From: Chitinophagales bacterium
GTDB lineage: Bacteria; Bacteroidota; Bacteroidia; Chitinophagales; CAIODY01
Assembly (NCBI GenBank): GCA_026461075.1
Contig: JAPJNH010000164.1
Location: 12,432 to 76,431 of the forward strand
DNA length: 64,000 nt
Direction of reading: 5' to 3'
This document shows, piece by piece, positions 60,123-64,000 of the stretch (position 1 is its first letter; every line of letters begins with the position of its first letter). A program made the position numbers and the translations under genes. The notes under the pieces are model-generated. The model saw nothing but the letters and a program-made list of their open reading frames with translations, had not been told where the DNA came from and searched no databases.

Positions 60123-60479
60123 ATGCAATCAATCAGAAATAAGGTCTTGTTAATCGGCAATGTCGGACAAGATCCGGAGATCAAGGAAATGAAATCAGGT
60201 AAGATGGCTCGATTCAGTATGGCTACGAATGAGGTTTATAAAAATGCGCAGGGCGAGAAGCAGACGGAGACGAACTGGCACAATTTGGTTGCGTGGGGTC
60301 GCACGGCTGAGATTGTGGAGCAGTACGTTAAGAAAGGCGACGAACTGGCTATCGAAGGAAGATTAGTTTCTAGGAACTATGAGGACAAAGATGGTGTGAA
60401 GCGTTATATAACTGAGGTCGTTTTAAATGAGGTCGTTTTGCTATCTCAGCCGGCGACTCAACAGGCCAGCACTAAATAA
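60123..60479 (+). CDS. ssb: Single-stranded DNA-binding protein, short form without acidic tail
   Basis: NKVLLIGNVGQDPE, FSMAT, ETNWH, KKG..L.IEGRL..R.Y; ends ATQQASTK with no DDLPF-type tip. Confidence 0.95.
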   Translation: MQSIRNKVLLIGNVGQDPEIKEMKSGKMARFSMATNEVYKNAQGEKQTETNWHNLVAWGRTAEIVEQYVKKGDELAIEGRLVSRNYEDKDGVKRYITEVVLNEVVLLSQPATQQASTK

Positions 60480-60490
60480 GTCAATCTAAA

Positions 60491-60551
60491 GGAGTTTCCG
60501 GCTACGTGAGTTTAAGGCTATTAGCCTATTGCGTAGTCGGAGCACAACTCC
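60491..60551 (+). other. Long nested stem-loop in the ssb 3' region (structured RNA candidate or atypical terminator)
   Basis: GGAGTT/AACTCC, TCCGGCTACGTGA/TTGCGTAGTCGGA (3 G-U pairs), AGGC/GCCT. Confidence 0.6.
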
Positions 60552-60568
60552 GACAGACCATTATTTCA

Positions 60569-61168
60569 TTACTCGTCGAGGAACTTGTATTCAATTGTTG
60601 CTTGCTGAAATCGAGCCATTATTTCCGTCTCTTTATCTAATGGGATTTTAATACGGAAGCTGCAAAACAAATCAATTTGCTTATCGACCACTTTTAGCTG
60701 ATAGTATTTGATCCAGTGCATGACGTCATTCATGGAATTGTAATCTGTCTGCAGCCAGAGTAGTTTCTCGATAGCGCGGGTTTCGACTTTCGCCTGACGG
60801 AGCGCTTGCTGCGTAGATACCTTATATGCGTTGATAAGTCCAGGTACCCCTAGTAGTATCCCTCCGAAATATCGGACCACGACCACTAAGACATCTGTGA
60901 GTCCCATGGAATCAATCTGATTTAAAATCGGTTTTCCTGCGGAGCCCGATGGTTCGCCATCATCGCTACTTCTGAAATTCAGTTTGTCGGTACCCAATCG
61001 ATAAGCGAAGCAATGATGCACGGCCTTAGGGTGCTGCTCCTTTAAGCGTTGTAAATGCATCTTGAAATCGCTGGTCGATTCAATAGGAAACGCATAGGCA
61101 ATAAAGCGACTGCCGCGATCAGTGAATTCGGCTTCGACAGGGGATGCTATGGTTTGGAAGGTAAACAA
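60569..61168 (-). CDS. yigZ: YigZ/IMPACT family protein
   Basis: DRGSRFIA, AVHHCFAY, DDGEPSGSAGKP, VVVRYFGGILLG..GLINAY; probable TTG start at 61168 (the upstream extension is repeat DNA). Confidence 0.92.
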   Translation of the reverse strand: MFTFQTIASPVEAEFTDRGSRFIAYAFPIESTSDFKMHLQRLKEQHPKAVHHCFAYRLGTDKLNFRSSDDGEPSGSAGKPILNQIDSMGLTDVLVVVVRYFGGILLGVPGLINAYKVSTQQALRQAKVETRAIEKLLWLQTDYNSMNDVMHWIKYYQLKVVDKQIDLFCSFRIKIPLDKETEIMARFQQATIEYKFLDE

Positions 61169-61180
61169 CGGATGGGGAAA

Positions 61181-61232
61181 AAGGAAAAGGGAATGATTAA
61201 GGATGGATGATGAATAATGGATAATGAATGAT
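61181..61232. repeat. Degenerate 7-bp tandem repeat array upstream of yigZ
   Basis: AAGGAAA AGGGAAT GATTAAG GATGGAT GATGAAT AATGGAT AATGAAT. Confidence 0.75.
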
Positions 61233-61347
61233 GCTTGCAAGTTAATAATTAGAAATTATACCGATTGTAGAAACAACAATTAAGAAGAAAAAAAGTAGCC
61301 CAAAATAGTTGAATTCGGAAAATCAGTTCTGTTAATCAAAGAACACT

Positions 61348-62350
61348 ATGACAAAGGAAGATATCACCTTAAACTCGATTGAAATTTATAGTACAATTGA
61401 TGGCAAAATAAATGTTGAGGTTAAATTCAATAATGATACAATATGGTTGAATCTATCTCAATTAGGAACATTATTCAGTAAAGACAAGTCCGTCATTTCA
61501 AAACATCTTAAAAATATTTTTGAAAGTGGCGAATTAAGTAAAGAATCAGTTGTTGCAAAAATTGCAACAACTGCAAACGATGGTAAAAATTATAATGTAG
61601 AATATTATAATCTTGATGCAATAATTTCAGTTGGATATCGGGTAAACTCTAAAACAGGAACAAAGTTTAGGCAATGGGCAACAAGCAAATTAAAGGAGCT
61701 AACACTTAATGGTTATTCTATAAATGAAAATCGCCTAGCTCAAAAAAAACAAGGAAATTCAAGTATTACATAATGGGATTCGAATTCTTAGTAGAGTAAT
61801 TGAAGAAAAAATAAACCAGAGTGACTCAATAAATTGGCTCGAGAAATTCAACAGCGCATTAAAATTACTTGATGACTATGATAACGATGCTTTAGATGGT
61901 AAAGGATTAATAACCAAATCGGCAAAGTATCCTTCAATTAATGATTATGAAGAATTGATCATTAAAATGAAAAATTCAATTAATTCACAACTTTTTGGTT
62001 TACGAAAAGACTTTGGTTTTGAAAGTGCAATCAATCAAATTCAATTATGTATAGGAGACCAAGAAATTTATTCTTCAATTGAAGAAAAAGCCGCTGTTTT
62101 TCTCTATTTGATTGTAAAAAATCATCCTTTTATAGATGGGAATAAAAGAATTGCAGCAGCATGCTTCTTACTTTTCCTAAATGAAAATAACTTACTATTT
62201 ATTGATAGCAAGAAAAGTATTATCGACAATGATACTATCGCAAGTTTAACACTTTATATAGCAATAAGTAACTCAAATGAATTTGATACTGTAAAGCACT
62301 TACTGATTAGTGTTTTGAGTCGAAAAATCTCATCGCTTGAAGGCCTGTAG
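61348..62350 (+). pseudogene. RhuM-family/Fic-Doc fusion gene split by a +1 frameshift in A8 (61742-61749)
   Basis: N-half RhuM motifs (TIWL, ISKHLKNIF, YNLDAIISVGYRVNS, FRQWA); removing one A gives QKNKEIQVLHNGIRILSR..., open through to HPFIDGNKRIA; 333 aa if repaired. Confidence 0.85.
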
Positions 62351-63826
62351 GGCATCCGCAATATTGCGATCATTACTTAAACGAGGTACCTTATTCTGTC
62401 CGCCTAACTTCCCTACCGACTTCATATATTGAATGAAGGCATCGGGTTGCAATGGCGTAATTCTTAATCGCTGTAAAATATTACCCGTACGTAAGTCATC
62501 ATAATAGATATTCAACTTACGCATCTGCTGATCGATATCCTCCGCGAAGGCATCCATATCAGCTGCTAAGTCGTCCATCGACAAGAGCCACTCATGATAC
62601 GGTAAGGACTGATCGGCTGGCGTTACCTGTGGTGCCACCGTGAATTCACTAATGGACAATTGGTGTTTAGCACTCGCCACCAACATCGCCTTCTCAACTT
62701 CTTCACCAATGACATGCTCGCCGAAAGCAGAGATAAAATGTTTGATACGGCCACTCACCACAATACGATACGGATCTTTGGAAACGAATTTCACCGTATC
62801 ACCAATAATATAAGCATATAAGCCTGCGTTGGTCGTAAGGATGATGGCGTAATTAACGCCGATTTCCACTTCACCCAAACTCAAGCGCGTTGGGTTCTCC
62901 GAATAAACTTCATTAGCAGGAACAAATTCGTAGAAGATACCCGCATTCGTATTTAATAATAAACCCGGCTCCGTTTGAGAATCCTGATACGCCAAGAAGC
63001 CTTCGCTCGCGGGATACGTTTCTATCGTGTCGATCTTACGCCCGATACTCTGCATCAACTTCGCACGATACGGCTCGAAATTAACCCCACCATACACCAA
63101 AACAGAAAAATTCGGAAACAAGTCACCGATGCTCTTGCCCGAACGTTGTGACAAAACATCAAAATACATTTGCGTCCATGGTGGAATCCCTGAAATCAAG
63201 GTCATGTTCTCATGAATCGTCTCGTCGACAATTTTTTCCAACTTCTCCTCCCAAGCCTCTATGCAATTGGTAGGATAACTCGGCAACTGATTACGACGTA
63301 GATAATAAGGTATGTGGTGGTTGACAATTCCGGATAAACGACCCGTTGGTATCCCTCCGATTCGTTCTAGTTCTGGGGAGCCACTTAAAAAAATCATCCT
63401 GCCGTCGGCGAAAGCATGATTCCCCGTTTCATGCATATATAATAAGAGTGCATTTCGGGCGGCATCCATATGATTGGAAATAGAGTCTTTCGTAATGGGA
63501 AGATATTTTGCGCCGCTGGTGGTGCCGGAAGATTTGGCGAGGTAGATCGGTTTGCCCGGCCAAAGGATATTTTGCTTGCCTTCTTTTATCTTTTCAATGA
63601 AAGGCTTCAAGGATTCATAGTCGCGGAGTGGCACTTGCTTTTTAAAATCGTCATGACTCTTAATAGTATCAAACTGATGCTTTTTACCAAACTCAGTAGA
63701 AGAGCCGCGATTTATAATCTTTTGCATCCATTCATTCTGATGCAGCAATGCGTTTGCTTTATCATTCTGAACCTTTTTGTAGATATATGACGCGAGAGGC
63801 TTCGCTAGTAATGACTTAATTTTCAC
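62330..63826 (-). CDS. GH3 auxin-responsive-promoter family acyl-adenylate enzyme
   Basis: AKSSGTTSGAKYLP, ETYPASEGF, YIIGDTVKF, GGQNKVPRLSNDR; GTG start. Confidence 0.93.
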   Translation of the reverse strand: MKIKSLLAKPLASYIYKKVQNDKANALLHQNEWMQKIINRGSSTEFGKKHQFDTIKSHDDFKKQVPLRDYESLKPFIEKIKEGKQNILWPGKPIYLAKSSGTTSGAKYLPITKDSISNHMDAARNALLLYMHETGNHAFADGRMIFLSGSPELERIGGIPTGRLSGIVNHHIPYYLRRNQLPSYPTNCIEAWEEKLEKIVDETIHENMTLISGIPPWTQMYFDVLSQRSGKSIGDLFPNFSVLVYGGVNFEPYRAKLMQSIGRKIDTIETYPASEGFLAYQDSQTEPGLLLNTNAGIFYEFVPANEVYSENPTRLSLGEVEIGVNYAIILTTNAGLYAYIIGDTVKFVSKDPYRIVVSGRIKHFISAFGEHVIGEEVEKAMLVASAKHQLSISEFTVAPQVTPADQSLPYHEWLLSMDDLAADMDAFAEDIDQQMRKLNIYYDDLRTGNILQRLRITPLQPDAFIQYMKSVGKLGGQNKVPRLSNDRNIADALQAFKR

Positions 63827-64000
63827 TGCACGCTATTTAAAGGACGAAGTTAATGATTCCCTAGAATTTCTAGGAGCTGCCGAGGCTTTTGACATACTAT
63901 TAACGTAATGAAGACGTATTTCTTGGAGTACAAAGGAATATACATTCCACAGAAGAAGTTGAAAAAAAATTACACAAGTGTTTGCATATACAGAAAATAC

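Noticed and set aside
63827-64000. Possible gene at the right edge
   Set aside because: No convincing open frame; it reads as intergenic DNA with the GH3 promoter (TAACTTCG) and a short CCTAGAA/TTCTAGG palindrome.

Overview
A gene-dense chromosomal segment of a Bacteroidota bacterium, inferred from T9SS-sorted proteins, TAnnTTTG-type -7 promoter boxes, sucC without sucD and few obvious Shine-Dalgarno motifs. Housekeeping genes: frr, CCA-adding enzyme, sucC, pth, msrB, parA/parB, kmo, oxyR, ssb, yigZ and tRNA-Ala(GGC). There are five large or medium T9SS-type surface proteins (including a 2318-aa Ig-repeat adhesin and a 1088-aa SprB-repeat type-B protein) and two TonB-dependent receptors. Accessory blocks: an AT-rich four-gene phosphorelay with no DNA-binding output, a GT4-GT4-Kelch-GT-C-like operon next to the tRNA, and a RhuM-Fic/Doc gene frameshifted in an A8 run. 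I saw no CRISPR array, transposase, integrase or prophage. The best candidates for undescribed biology are: (i) a Zn-finger gene divergent from a tail-less ssb, with 10-bp phased direct repeats between them and a strand-specific RNA structure after ssb; (ii) the phosphorelay ending in a membrane-anchored receiver; (iii) the Kelch/GT-C glycosylation operon; (iv) apparently frequent leaderless transcription; (v) an OxyR operator facing a short divergent region with no protein gene. All family assignments come from motif recognition by eye, not from database searches.
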